From Candidatus Micrarchaeota archaeon (lineage in GTDB: Archaea; Micrarchaeota; Micrarchaeia; Anstonellales; Bilamarchaeaceae), in contig JBBSVN010000012.1 of assembly GCA_038046765.1 (NCBI GenBank), positions 36,044-100,043 on the forward strand: a DNA stretch of 64,000 bases, in the 5' to 3' direction. Every line of letters begins with the position of its first letter. Positions within the stretch are counted from its first letter, which is position 1. This document shows, one piece after another, positions 19,380 through 29,377 of this stretch. The notes under the pieces were generated by a model. That model did not search any database, was not told the origin of the DNA, and saw nothing but the letters and a program-made list of their open reading frames with translations. The position numbers and the translations under genes were made by a program.

Positions 19380-19784
19380 ATGGTTATGAATCCAGTAGTA
19401 CATTTTGAATTACCAGCAGAAGATAGAAAGCGATCAAGTAAATTTTATACCGAAGCTTTTGGTTGGCAGATGAATCATCTAGGAAAAGATATGGGAGAGT
19501 ACATAATCGCCATGACAACTGAGTCTGATGAAAAAGGGCCAAAAAAATTAGGTGTAATTAACGGCGGAATTTATCAAAAAACAAAAGAAATGCCACCTCA
19601 ATATCCATCGGTTGTAATTTCAGTTGACAATATTCAAGAGTCAATGAAAAAAGTAATCTTGGCTGGGGGTAAATTACAAGGGGAACCAATGGAAATTCCA
19701 GGTGTCGGACAATACGTTTCCTTTGTCGATACTGAAGGTAATAGGTTAAGTATGCTTCAGCCTGCACCAATGATGCAAAAATAA
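19380..19784 (+). CDS. VOC/glyoxalase-family protein
   Basis: NPVVHFE, INGG, FVDTEGNRLSMLQ. Confidence 0.88.
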   Translation: MVMNPVVHFELPAEDRKRSSKFYTEAFGWQMNHLGKDMGEYIIAMTTESDEKGPKKLGVINGGIYQKTKEMPPQYPSVVISVDNIQESMKKVILAGGKLQGEPMEIPGVGQYVSFVDTEGNRLSMLQPAPMMQK

Positions 19785-19788
19785 AAAA

Positions 19789-20574
19789 TTAAATATTAAT
19801 TTTTTCTAGTACAATCTTAAGTCCGTTTGCTGATAAAAAACCAAGTGAAAATGCGTGGAACGGATTTAGAATGAACATTGAATAAATAATGCCTAGCACC
19901 CATGCAGCAACCCCAAATATAATCTGGTGTTTTGTCTTAGTTGGGCTGGTTCTAGGTTCAGTTACCATAAAAAATGCTCCAAAAAACGGAAAGTATGCTA
20001 AACCTGCAGTTCCGGCCATTAAGAAGATCGTGATCGTATAAGTAATAAGATATGTCACGCTCGCTGTAATTCTTTTTATTTTTATCGCAACAAGTAATCC
20101 CAGAATTACTAATGCTCCAGTTCCAATTAAATTCTGCAAGCTACTATTGCCCCAGCCTAGTAAAAATTGCTCTCCAGTTGTTAATACACCTGTTGCTGAT
20201 AATAAAATAATTGCGCTAAACATTCCTAAAGAAGCTGGATTAAATATGGGTTTTTTTTCAAAGCGAATAATATGTTTTAGTAACATCGATATTGCTGAAA
20301 CTGCGCCTATTAATAAGTACTGGCCAGGCATGATTATATTTGCAATTATTAATGCAGCGATAGTCGCTGAATCCCCATATATAATTTTCTTTGTCTTTAT
20401 GTACGTAATCCCTATGTCAAATGCTTGGGCGATTATTACTGCCAAAATTCCTGAAAGTATGACTCTATCGTATCCGAAACTCGAAGCGTTTAGTAACGCA
20501 GTAACAATCAATGCTATTATAATTAACTTATACGCATCTGGTAATTTTTTTTCAATATCTCTAAGTAATTTCAT
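19789..20574 (-). CDS. Stand-alone RnfD/NqrB-like membrane protein
   Basis: LKH..IFNPASLG and FFMVTEPRTSP motifs; many TM helices. Confidence 0.7.
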   Translation of the reverse strand: MKLLRDIEKKLPDAYKLIIIALIVTALLNASSFGYDRVILSGILAVIIAQAFDIGITYIKTKKIIYGDSATIAALIIANIIMPGQYLLIGAVSAISMLLKHIIRFEKKPIFNPASLGMFSAIILLSATGVLTTGEQFLLGWGNSSLQNLIGTGALVILGLLVAIKIKRITASVTYLITYTITIFLMAGTAGLAYFPFFGAFFMVTEPRTSPTKTKHQIIFGVAAWVLGIIYSMFILNPFHAFSLGFLSANGLKIVLEKINI

Positions 20575-20645
20575 TTTATCTACCTACAAATAGTTTGTTG
20601 ATTTCTATTATTCTTATATAATCGTACTTTAGTTTAATTTAAAAA

Positions 20646-22640
20646 TCATCTATAAAAATTCAAATCCTTCTTCTTTATTACAATGTATCCAATTATGATT
20701 GCTAAAACTACAAAGTATGACGATAGCGCGGCAAAGTCTGCAATCGGGTCTCCATTTGTTATCAAAACTACTTTGAATATGTTCGTTACGTGAGCTAGCG
20801 GAAGCAACTGCTGCAGGACTTGCGTATAATTTGGTAATAAATCAGGAGAAAATAAAATATTTCCAAGGAAAAGCATTGGTATTGCGAGCATAAGAGCTCC
20901 TTGAATTGCTGCTGATTCTGTTTTAGCATAAAAACCAATCAAAAGTCCTATCGAAGCTAGTACTAATCCAGATATAATTATTCCAGTTAAAAGTAGTGAT
21001 ATATCATTTGGCATGCTTACACCAAATAGTCCGACTGCAATAATTATTATCAAAAATATCTGCCCTATTGAAAGCAATACTATTGTGATTAATTTTCCAA
21101 ATATTAAACTTCCAAGAGAGCCTGGTGCCATTAACGCTCTGATTATTGTTCCGTTTGTTTTTTCCTTTACTAAGCTAATTGATGCTAGTAGGAAACAAGA
21201 AAGTAGTAGCGAAATTGATATTACCTGCGGCATTAGAAAATCAACAAAACTCGAACGAGTATACTGGTTTTCAAGTTTTACTGAAAGCGGTTCTGCAATC
21301 TGATCTGGATTTTTTCCTGTTTGTGTTGCGACTGTTTTTTGCAGTGATCCTATAAGTTTATCTACTGAACCTGTCTGATCAAGTATCTGGTCAAATACTT
21401 CATTTATATCTCCTATTGTGGAATTTATTCTTTCTAATACTGTTCGTAATTTGCTGATTTGAAGTTGTGCGCTTGCAAATGAGCTGTTCAAGTTAGTCAG
21501 GCTTTGATCTGCTTTACCCAGCGTAGCTATTAGTTTTGCCTGTTCATTGCCGTTTATTTGTTTTGTTAGGCTAATTTGTGTTGCGTAATTACTTATCTCT
21601 AGTTTAATTGATTGTAATGTTACATTTAACTGTTCTAATTGTATTGTTTCGTTTAGTGCATCCTTTCTTTGTTGCTCTGTACTATTTCTAAGTGCTTCTA
21701 ATGAAAATATTTGGATGTCAAGTGCGGTCACAGTTATATTTGCCGAACTGCTGTTAGAATTTTGTACTTGCGCCCTTAGGAACTTAAGCGCACTAATCGA
21801 TGTATTGAGGTTAGCGATATTCGTGTTTAAGTTTTTAGTTTGTTTTACTAATTTATCGTGACTATCTTCAAGTATTGTTATTGCCTGATTTACTGCCTTA
21901 CTGGAATTATCTATAAAATTCTCGCTTTGATTAAATAATTGCTCGTTTTGCATCGATGCATTTTGCAATTCTGCTTTTTGACTTGCTAATATCTCCTTAA
22001 GGTTAGTTGTCTGGTCTGCTGCACTTGTTATTGAGTTTTCAAGAGATCCGATATCCAGTGAACTGATGTTTTCCTTTATCTGATTTAAAATCAATTTAGT
22101 TTCCCTCATCCTAACCTGGCTTTGTGTTATTTGTGCTCCAAGCGATGCTGCAGTTGCATTAAGAGATTTTAAGTCATTCCAAGCTGAACTTACATATGTT
22201 TTTGTTATGTTGACTGATGATGCTTGTACTACTGATGACATTGCTGAAATTATTGCCTGCTCAAGGGCAAGGTCGGAGTTATCAATTATAATTCTTATTT
22301 GGGATTTGTTTTCGGTTGATAGAGCATACTCAAAATTTTGAGGTATTACTATTAATGCTCTTAATTGCCCGTTTTTAAGTGTGTCCCGTGCCTCATCTTC
22401 CGTTGGAAATGATTTTACATTAAATGCCTTTGATTCATTTAACTCTTCTAAAAGTGCAGAACTAAATGTCGTATTTTCAGATGAAACTAATCCTATTGGC
22501 AATCCTTTTATATCGATTGAACGAAAAGAGCTGCCCATAAATAGCATTATAAAAATTGGAAAAATAATTAACGCAGTAAGCATAGTCTTGTCGTGCGATA
22601 TTTCCCGAAATTCCTTTTTTATTGCCGATAAAAGCTTCAT
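20646..22640 (-). CDS. ABC-2 type permease with a long extracellular coiled coil (YhgE/Pip-like)
   Basis: N-terminal KEFREI..D, long Q/N/S-rich heptad region, VKEKTNGT, C-terminal TM bundle. Confidence 0.8.
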   Translation of the reverse strand: MKLLSAIKKEFREISHDKTMLTALIIFPIFIMLFMGSSFRSIDIKGLPIGLVSSENTTFSSALLEELNESKAFNVKSFPTEDEARDTLKNGQLRALIVIPQNFEYALSTENKSQIRIIIDNSDLALEQAIISAMSSVVQASSVNITKTYVSSAWNDLKSLNATAASLGAQITQSQVRMRETKLILNQIKENISSLDIGSLENSITSAADQTTNLKEILASQKAELQNASMQNEQLFNQSENFIDNSSKAVNQAITILEDSHDKLVKQTKNLNTNIANLNTSISALKFLRAQVQNSNSSSANITVTALDIQIFSLEALRNSTEQQRKDALNETIQLEQLNVTLQSIKLEISNYATQISLTKQINGNEQAKLIATLGKADQSLTNLNSSFASAQLQISKLRTVLERINSTIGDINEVFDQILDQTGSVDKLIGSLQKTVATQTGKNPDQIAEPLSVKLENQYTRSSFVDFLMPQVISISLLLSCFLLASISLVKEKTNGTIIRALMAPGSLGSLIFGKLITIVLLSIGQIFLIIIIAVGLFGVSMPNDISLLLTGIIISGLVLASIGLLIGFYAKTESAAIQGALMLAIPMLFLGNILFSPDLLPNYTQVLQQLLPLAHVTNIFKVVLITNGDPIADFAALSSYFVVLAIIIGYIVIKKKDLNFYR

Positions 22641-23377
22641 TTAGTCACCTTTGATACTCCCTCGGGTTTTACTAAATGTGCAAAAACATCTTCCATTTGT
22701 TTTAGTTTGTATTTTGTTTTTAACTCGTTAGGCGTTCCACTTGCAACTATTCTTCCAGCAAACATTATTGCAACTCTGTCGCAAAGTTCTTCAATTTCTT
22801 CCATGTAATGTGATGTAATAACTATTGTTTTTTTCAATTTATGAAGTTCTTTAATAATTAACCAGATCTCCCTTCTTACAACTGGGTCAAGTCCAACTGT
22901 CGGTTCATCAAGAAATATTATCTTAGGTTCATGTATTAGCGAACAAGCCATATTTAATCTGCGTTTCATTCCACCTGATAGATTGCTTGCAATGACATTT
23001 TTTTTGTCTGTTAATTTCATATCCTGCAAAAGTTTGCTTATTCTTGTTTTTATGTCTTTACCATTGACACCAAATTGCTCCGCAAAAAATTCAAGATTTT
23101 CCAATACGCTTAAAGTTTCATAAAATGAGTTTTCTTGAGTTACAAATCCGATATCTAGAGATGAAATTTCTCCGATATTTTTCCCAAGTATTGTAATTGA
23201 CCCTGACGAGGCTGGAATTAATTTTGATAGCATGTTAAATGTCGTAGTCTTTCCAGAACCATTTGATCCTAGCATTCCAAATATTTCTCCTTCTTCAACT
23301 GTAAATGAAATATTGTCTACAATTATCTTTTCTTTGATAATTTTGACTAGTTCTGTTACGTGGACTGCAACTACCAT
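22637..23377 (-). CDS. ABC transporter ATP-binding protein
   Basis: GSNGSGKTT, LSGGMKRR, LDEPTVGLD. Confidence 0.95.
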   Translation of the reverse strand: MVVAVHVTELVKIIKEKIIVDNISFTVEEGEIFGMLGSNGSGKTTTFNMLSKLIPASSGSITILGKNIGEISSLDIGFVTQENSFYETLSVLENLEFFAEQFGVNGKDIKTRISKLLQDMKLTDKKNVIASNLSGGMKRRLNMACSLIHEPKIIFLDEPTVGLDPVVRREIWLIIKELHKLKKTIVITSHYMEEIEELCDRVAIMFAGRIVASGTPNELKTKYKLKQMEDVFAHLVKPEGVSKVTK

Positions 23378-23458
23378 ATATCTTATGGTACTTTTAGGGT
23401 TTTTAAATACCTCTTTTTTATAATTCTTTTATTAATCTTTGGCATACAAAGTAAATCT

Positions 23459-23902
23459 ATGCAAATCAAAACAGTCAATTCTACAAAAGAAATTCAAAGA
23501 ATCGTTCCTGTGTTTATCAAAATATTTGGCTCCACACCATTTAATGAAAAATGGTCGATAGATCAGGCATACAAACGACTTTTGTTCTTACACTCGCTTG
23601 GAAAAAAATTCTGCTTTTATATTGTCGAGTCTAACGAAATTCTTGGTTTTATGTTTTGTCGCGTTATGGTGTGGCCCGAAGGCTATCGCATTTTTGTTGA
23701 GGATATGGGCGTACTTCCAGAACATCAACATAAAGGTTTAGGCAAATTATTAATCGAAGAACTTGAAAAACAGGCTAGTATTTTTGGAATTAAAACAATC
23801 GAACTAGAAATTCTTGATGAATCAACTGGTGCTTCGTTTTGGCCTAAATTTGGGTACAAATATTCTAAACGAAAGGTATTTTCTAAAACTATTATCCAAT
23901 AA
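23459..23902 (+). CDS. GNAT-family acetyltransferase
   Basis: VLPEHQHKGLGK motif A; FWPKFGY. Confidence 0.85.
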   Translation: MQIKTVNSTKEIQRIVPVFIKIFGSTPFNEKWSIDQAYKRLLFLHSLGKKFCFYIVESNEILGFMFCRVMVWPEGYRIFVEDMGVLPEHQHKGLGKLLIEELEKQASIFGIKTIELEILDESTGASFWPKFGYKYSKRKVFSKTIIQ

Positions 23903-23909
23903 GGATTAA

Positions 23910-24887
23910 CTAGCAGTAATCGCTCGTTTTACCTGCTGTACCATCTGCTCCTGGTAAGTTCCTTATAACTTTTTGGTCTTCAATGGGTAAGTTGTCAAAC
24001 CAACATATCGCATGAAATGCGAACCATCTAATTGGCCAATGTTTTTGTCTGTAACTTGGATTCTTAGACGCCTGATTTTCTTTTCTTAGGTCATAAACGC
24101 CCCAATCGAAAAATACATTGTTTGGTAAACCCACTTTAATTGCAATAAGATCCCCCTTCTTAATCTGAATTGGAGGGGTGCTCGTAGTTCTAGAGTCCTG
24201 TTCTTTAGCTTCTGGAAAATCATTTGCTAATTTATTAAATTCTGCAGATAGTTCAAGAAGATGTCCTAAACGGTACATTATTCCACATGAATTAACTATA
24301 TCAAAAGCGTATTGGATAGTTCCACCTTCTAAGTATCTAGCACCTCGCCAAACATAACCATCAAAAGGTGCGCGAACCTCAATTTCATTATTTTTTTGGT
24401 TATCAAATCTAAATCCACCATGAGGTTTGTAATCATCCCCTGTGTTTACATTTTGTCCTCTATACTGACCCGGGTATAACATTGATGTTACTTTGCTTAG
24501 ATCAGTTGGATTTTGAAATAGGACAGGCCCACAATCTGGCGGGTTTCCAGTTGGTATCCAATTATTTCCAGAATAGTTATAATCCCATTCTACATTTTGA
24601 TTCGTTATTTGTCCGATTATATTTTGTAGTTTAGGGATAAATTCTGGAAATATCATTTCTTGTGGCACGTTACTATTGCTTTGATTAATCTGGGATTTAT
24701 TATCAGAACCATTTTGTGAGTAATTTTGAAAACTATTTTGCTCAATTGGGGAGCCCGTAATCGCCGATGTATTATTTGGTGCAATAAATTTGTCATTGTA
24801 ATTATTTTGTTTAGGTACTGCTGCACAACCCATAAATAAAGTAGCTACAAGAAGCAAAATCAAAGTAACTGTAAAATTTCTTTTCAT
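23910..24887 (-). CDS. Lipoprotein, possibly M23-peptidase-like fold
   Basis: Lipobox LFMGC; KPHGGFRF, VRAPFDG, YRLGHL, IKKGDLI. Confidence 0.55.
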   Translation of the reverse strand: MKRNFTVTLILLLVATLFMGCAAVPKQNNYNDKFIAPNNTSAITGSPIEQNSFQNYSQNGSDNKSQINQSNSNVPQEMIFPEFIPKLQNIIGQITNQNVEWDYNYSGNNWIPTGNPPDCGPVLFQNPTDLSKVTSMLYPGQYRGQNVNTGDDYKPHGGFRFDNQKNNEIEVRAPFDGYVWRGARYLEGGTIQYAFDIVNSCGIMYRLGHLLELSAEFNKLANDFPEAKEQDSRTTSTPPIQIKKGDLIAIKVGLPNNVFFDWGVYDLRKENQASKNPSYRQKHWPIRWFAFHAICWFDNLPIEDQKVIRNLPGADGTAGKTSDYC

Positions 24888-24889
24888 GT

Positions 24890-27406
24890 TTATCCCTGCT
24901 TATTTTGACTAGTTTTTTTATTGTATAAAAATAAACCAATACCTAAAAATAAAAATACATAAAGTAACGGACAAATTGTATTATTAAAAACTCTTTTAAC
25001 TGGTGGTTTTGTCTCTGTTGTTTCATTTGTATCTGGATCATTTATTTCATTTGTAGTTCCAGTTTCTTTTTTACCTTCTGTTTGTAATCCTTTAGCCATA
25101 AATTTAACTGTACAAGCATCTCCAACAAAATCCCCATTTGAATCTTTTTGATCACTGTTTGAAATTTTAGGGCAGTTATCTAGTGTATCAACAATGCCAT
25201 CTTTGTCAATATCGCTGCATCCTTCATCAATTAATCCATCGCCATCATTATCTTGCCCATCGCAAGCTTCGCCTAAAAATGGAACTAATGGTGGATATCT
25301 TTCATCAGTATCTTCGCTTATTTTTCCTAAATTATTTCTTATTGCGTTTAATTCCGGACAGCTATTTTTAAGACTAGATAATCCAATCACATCATTTTCT
25401 GTCATAGTTCCGTTAATTCCATAATACGGGCAGCCGATAGGAAGTATGGCGTTTTTCCAGTCATTAGTTCCATTTAATTTAGTTAATGAACCATTTGCAG
25501 TGTCATATTCATTATCTCTATTTCCGTTTACGTTTACAGTCTGGCTTCCTGCAAAATTACTATCGCAATTCCAGTCAACTGCTGAACCATTTAATCCAAA
25601 CATAATCATTAAACTGGAATTTGTACGAGTGCGTCCAATTACACCATTTCCAAAAGCTGCGCTTCGTCCGTTGTTTGTACAAGTATAATAAGAAAGCGCC
25701 AGCGGATTAGATGAAATAATTCCATTTGTTTCACTTAAACCTGCATTCTCGTCAAGCGTGCTAAGTTTTTCATCTGAATAATCTAAATCATAAATAATTC
25801 CTAAAGGCGTATTTCGTGGAATCCCGCTAAATTGGAAATAGTAATTCATGATGCTTCGATAATTTGGTTTAAAGTGCGTGTTATCAAATGCAAGTTCTTT
25901 TTCTAACCTGCCGCCATGACCTAGCATCAATGTGTGCCCAAATTCATGCATTAACGTTCCTGCTACTGCAGTAGTATTTGAACCGTTGCGCATTGCAACA
26001 AAGAAATTTCCACCTACTGTTGCCTGGCCAGTTGTATTTTCCTTTTCATGCGTAAATATTCCGTAACGAAATATTCCCGCTCGATTTATATCAAAATTAT
26101 CTTTTTTTATGTCAAACAAATATTTACTATTATTTGTATAAAATGCGCGCGCTTCGTTACTGTCATTTAAAGAAAACTGGTCCCATTCTGCCTGCGGTTG
26201 TTCTGTGATTGCATTTCCTTCGCCCCATTGTCCAATATCAATATGCAAAGTTATATCTCTATTAGCAAATGCGTTAACTACCATCTGTAACGATTCATTT
26301 GTTGGTTTATGTGTGTGAGAGCCATCTTCCATCCAATCAAGTTCTAAAAACAAATCCTTCTTTAGTGGGTTAGCCCCCATTGCGGGTAAATCTACCAGCG
26401 TTCGTCCATTTTTAACTAATCCATAAACTTCTAAACCATCGCTTAAGCCATCTGCATCTGTATCTGCGTTCTTCGGGTCTGTTCCAAAAACGCTTTCATT
26501 TATATCGACAATTCCATCTTTATCACTATCAATTTTCATCCATGCGTCGGGGTCAGGAATTTCTATATTCCAGGAAACGCTCCAGGGTGTGCTGCCGTAA
26601 ACTGATATTGGGCCTGCATATGTCAGTCCTCCAAAATCTACATTTGAATATCCTGAAATTATACTCGCTTTCATCTGGTTTCCAGTTGGTTCAAGTGCTT
26701 TAAATGATCCGGAATAGGAAAACTGGTTTTCAGGATTTGCGTCAAACAATGTAATTGGGACGGAAAAAGTACCTGCAGTTAATCGTGAAAATGTTGTTGT
26801 TTGCCTCGCACCACTACAAACTGGATTTATATTTGGGGAAGTTTTAGTTACCTGCGTAATGTCTGTTTTAGTTACTGGAATTATTAATTTTCCAGCTAAA
26901 GAAAGTTCGGGATTTCCACTTAAGCCTGTTTTTTTGTAAATTAATTTTAAATCATAACCTTTTAGGTGAATCAAATTCCCGTTTGAGTCTTTGCCGTTAC
27001 CTGTGCTATATGGGACATTTAAGTTTGAAATTTTGTCGGACCCAGTAGCATTAACTTCTGTTATATATGCGCATTCCTTGCCCCCCGTATTAGTCTGCTG
27101 GTCAATACTCCACTCTACTGCCTCGTTCTGAAATTTAAAAGCCCGATCAGAATATCTAGTAAGGGAGTCAGAGTTCGGATCAATTTCTAAAAGATACCCA
27201 GAAATCTTAAAATTTAATTTTTGCTTTACTGAACCTGTGTTTGTTTGAACATTGTATGGCCCAGTATAATCATAAACAAGCGTAATCGTGGTTAACTTAT
27301 CTGAAACAGAATAATTTTTCGATGTATCGTTCTCAATTGCATAAGCAAAGTTCAATATTAATAAAACAAAAACTCCAAAATAAGTCAATTTAGTTAAAAA
27401 TCTCAT
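24890..27406 (-). CDS. Secreted, membrane-anchored zinc metalloprotease with Ca-binding (TSP3-like) repeats
   Basis: Signal peptide, HEFGHTLMLGH, SIMNY Met-turn, DxDxDG repeats, C-terminal TM with a basic tail. Confidence 0.75.
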   Translation of the reverse strand: MRFLTKLTYFGVFVLLILNFAYAIENDTSKNYSVSDKLTTITLVYDYTGPYNVQTNTGSVKQKLNFKISGYLLEIDPNSDSLTRYSDRAFKFQNEAVEWSIDQQTNTGGKECAYITEVNATGSDKISNLNVPYSTGNGKDSNGNLIHLKGYDLKLIYKKTGLSGNPELSLAGKLIIPVTKTDITQVTKTSPNINPVCSGARQTTTFSRLTAGTFSVPITLFDANPENQFSYSGSFKALEPTGNQMKASIISGYSNVDFGGLTYAGPISVYGSTPWSVSWNIEIPDPDAWMKIDSDKDGIVDINESVFGTDPKNADTDADGLSDGLEVYGLVKNGRTLVDLPAMGANPLKKDLFLELDWMEDGSHTHKPTNESLQMVVNAFANRDITLHIDIGQWGEGNAITEQPQAEWDQFSLNDSNEARAFYTNNSKYLFDIKKDNFDINRAGIFRYGIFTHEKENTTGQATVGGNFFVAMRNGSNTTAVAGTLMHEFGHTLMLGHGGRLEKELAFDNTHFKPNYRSIMNYYFQFSGIPRNTPLGIIYDLDYSDEKLSTLDENAGLSETNGIISSNPLALSYYTCTNNGRSAAFGNGVIGRTRTNSSLMIMFGLNGSAVDWNCDSNFAGSQTVNVNGNRDNEYDTANGSLTKLNGTNDWKNAILPIGCPYYGINGTMTENDVIGLSSLKNSCPELNAIRNNLGKISEDTDERYPPLVPFLGEACDGQDNDGDGLIDEGCSDIDKDGIVDTLDNCPKISNSDQKDSNGDFVGDACTVKFMAKGLQTEGKKETGTTNEINDPDTNETTETKPPVKRVFNNTICPLLYVFLFLGIGLFLYNKKTSQNKQG

Positions 27407-27457
27407 AAAAATCTAGGACATCTGTAATTAAAATATCTTACTGCCTCTAGTTGTACT

Positions 27458-28330
27458 ATGGCAAAAAAGAAAAAAGGAATAATTTACTATGTTATTGCTT
27501 TTCTTGGACTAATTTTTAGTGCAGTCAAATTCCTTCTGACTGGAACTTTTAAAATTATTAAATTTCTTGCTATTGCTACTTACAATTTTCTAAATTTTTT
27601 ATTTAAATTTGCTCAAAATTCAATCCAAAAGTCAAATGAACTAAGAAAAGAAGTCGCAAAAGAAGTTATTCGTCCTATAATTACTGCAACATACTCTGCG
27701 TTTGTAGAATTAGAGGAAAAAGCAGGAAATTTACAAGATTTTGAAAATCACATCTATTCTGATAAAAGTTCGGTTGGTTTGATTCTAGGCGCCCGGGGGT
27801 CGGGTAAAAGTGCAATTGGTTTACGCATTCTTGAAAATATTGTCGCAAAATCAAAGCGCAAGGCTTACGCTATGGGCTTTAATAAAGAAGATTTGCCAAA
27901 GTGGATCGAATCTATTAATTCTATTGAAGAAGTCAAAAATAACTCATTCTTGCTTGTTGATGAAGGTGGGGTAGAATTTTCTTCTAGGCAAACGATGTCA
28001 AATGCGAATAAATTACTAAGCGAATTACTTTTGATTAGCAGACACAAGGATCTAAATGTTCTTTTTATTACTCAAAACTCTTCAAATATTGAAGTTAACG
28101 CAATAAGGCAAAGCGATTATCTTGTTCTTAAACCACCATCACTTTTGCAAATGGATTTTGAAAGAAAGAAAATAAAAGATATTTATGAAAGTGTTAAGGA
28201 AAAATTTACTTCCTACAAGGATCAGGTTGGTCTAACTTATATCTATTCTGACCGGTACACTGGCTTTGTGAAAAATGATCTTCCTTCCTTTTGGAGTAAA
28301 AAGGTTAGTACAGCTTATAGCGCCAAATAG
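27458..28330 (+). CDS. Membrane-anchored P-loop ATPase (Zot/packaging-ATPase-like)
   Basis: GARGSGKS, LLVDEGG, FITQ..IRQ. Confidence 0.65.
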   Translation: MAKKKKGIIYYVIAFLGLIFSAVKFLLTGTFKIIKFLAIATYNFLNFLFKFAQNSIQKSNELRKEVAKEVIRPIITATYSAFVELEEKAGNLQDFENHIYSDKSSVGLILGARGSGKSAIGLRILENIVAKSKRKAYAMGFNKEDLPKWIESINSIEEVKNNSFLLVDEGGVEFSSRQTMSNANKLLSELLLISRHKDLNVLFITQNSSNIEVNAIRQSDYLVLKPPSLLQMDFERKKIKDIYESVKEKFTSYKDQVGLTYIYSDRYTGFVKNDLPSFWSKKVSTAYSAK

Positions 28331-28840
28331 TTATTTTTTATAAGTTAATTGAACTAGTCCTGTCTCAAATTTCTCTGCTTTGATAAGTTTTAATTCCTTT
28401 CTTATTGCGCTTTCTTTGAACAAATTAATTCCTCTCCCAAGCAGTATCGGGTGGATTGAAATAATAAATTCATCAATTAAATTCTCTTTTAAAAATTCAT
28501 AAATTAGTTCGCTTCCCCCGACCAACCAAATTTTTTTCTTTCCGTTCTTTTGCATGTCTAAAATAAATTTCCTAACACTATTTTTAACAAAAGTTACGTT
28601 TTCATCTTTTTCTCTTTTTTCTTTTTTAGAAAATACAAAACATTCTTTGTCTTTGTGTGGAAAAGTATCAAATGTCAAAGTTGTTTTGTATGTGTTGTTT
28701 CCCATAACTAGCACATCAATACTTTCATAAAACTTAGAGTATCCATAGTCCTGGTCTTGAAAAAGCCAGGCTATTTCACCATTTAGGTCAGCAATAAAGC
28801 CATCTAAGCTACATGCGATAAATAGTGCTATTTTAACCAT
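28331..28840 (-). CDS. Dihydrofolate reductase/RibD C-terminal family protein
   Basis: IACSLDGFIA, LVMGNNTY, IWLVGGSEL, PILLGRGI. Confidence 0.9.
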   Translation of the reverse strand: MVKIALFIACSLDGFIADLNGEIAWLFQDQDYGYSKFYESIDVLVMGNNTYKTTLTFDTFPHKDKECFVFSKKEKREKDENVTFVKNSVRKFILDMQKNGKKKIWLVGGSELIYEFLKENLIDEFIISIHPILLGRGINLFKESAIRKELKLIKAEKFETGLVQLTYKK

Positions 28841-28927
28841 AAACGATTGTAAAAGTTAAGAATAAAAATCCAGTGGCTGATACCACTAGTTTTTCATTTG
28901 CTGATGAAAATAAAAAAAAGTAAAAAA

Positions 28928-29377
28928 TTATCTGCAAGTTGGAGCCATCGTTAACATTTTCTCTCCTCTCTTTTCCTTTAGGTGGCTTCCGATTATTTTT
29001 ACAACTGGTCTTTCATCACTTGCTCGTGTGTAAAGCGTTCCATGCCATTCTTTAATTCCAAATTGATCGTTTAATAATTCTAAAACTGTATTAACGTCAA
29101 AGCATCTACAGGAATACAAGTCAAAGTAAAATTCGTTTGACCCATCCTTGTGAGTAAATAAATGCATCGAACAATGGCTAGTTGTAATCATCTGTACAAA
29201 GCTCTGACCTGGAAAATCCAAATCAACTGCATCGGCCCAGTTTAATGGTCCTAGCGGCTTCATTTCTATTGCTTTTAGCAACCTATCCACAAAACGCTGT
29301 GCATCTTCCCTAGGCAAAGCCTTAAAAGAGGGCGAGATCTTCGCGTTAACCGTCAAATGTATATGTTCTAACGACAT
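28928..29377 (-). CDS. S-adenosylmethionine-decarboxylase-like pyruvoyl proenzyme
   Basis: MITTSHCSMH self-cleavage motif and FDLYSC. Confidence 0.7.
   Translation of the reverse strand: MSLEHIHLTVNAKISPSFKALPREDAQRFVDRLLKAIEMKPLGPLNWADAVDLDFPGQSFVQMITTSHCSMHLFTHKDGSNEFYFDLYSCRCFDVNTVLELLNDQFGIKEWHGTLYTRASDERPVVKIIGSHLKEKRGEKMLTMAPTCR

Noticed and set aside
28870..28912. Two small hairpins between the AdoMetDC-like and DHFR-like genes as a riboswitch
   Set aside because: Short, AT-rich and with no aptamer consensus; more likely terminator or promoter sequence
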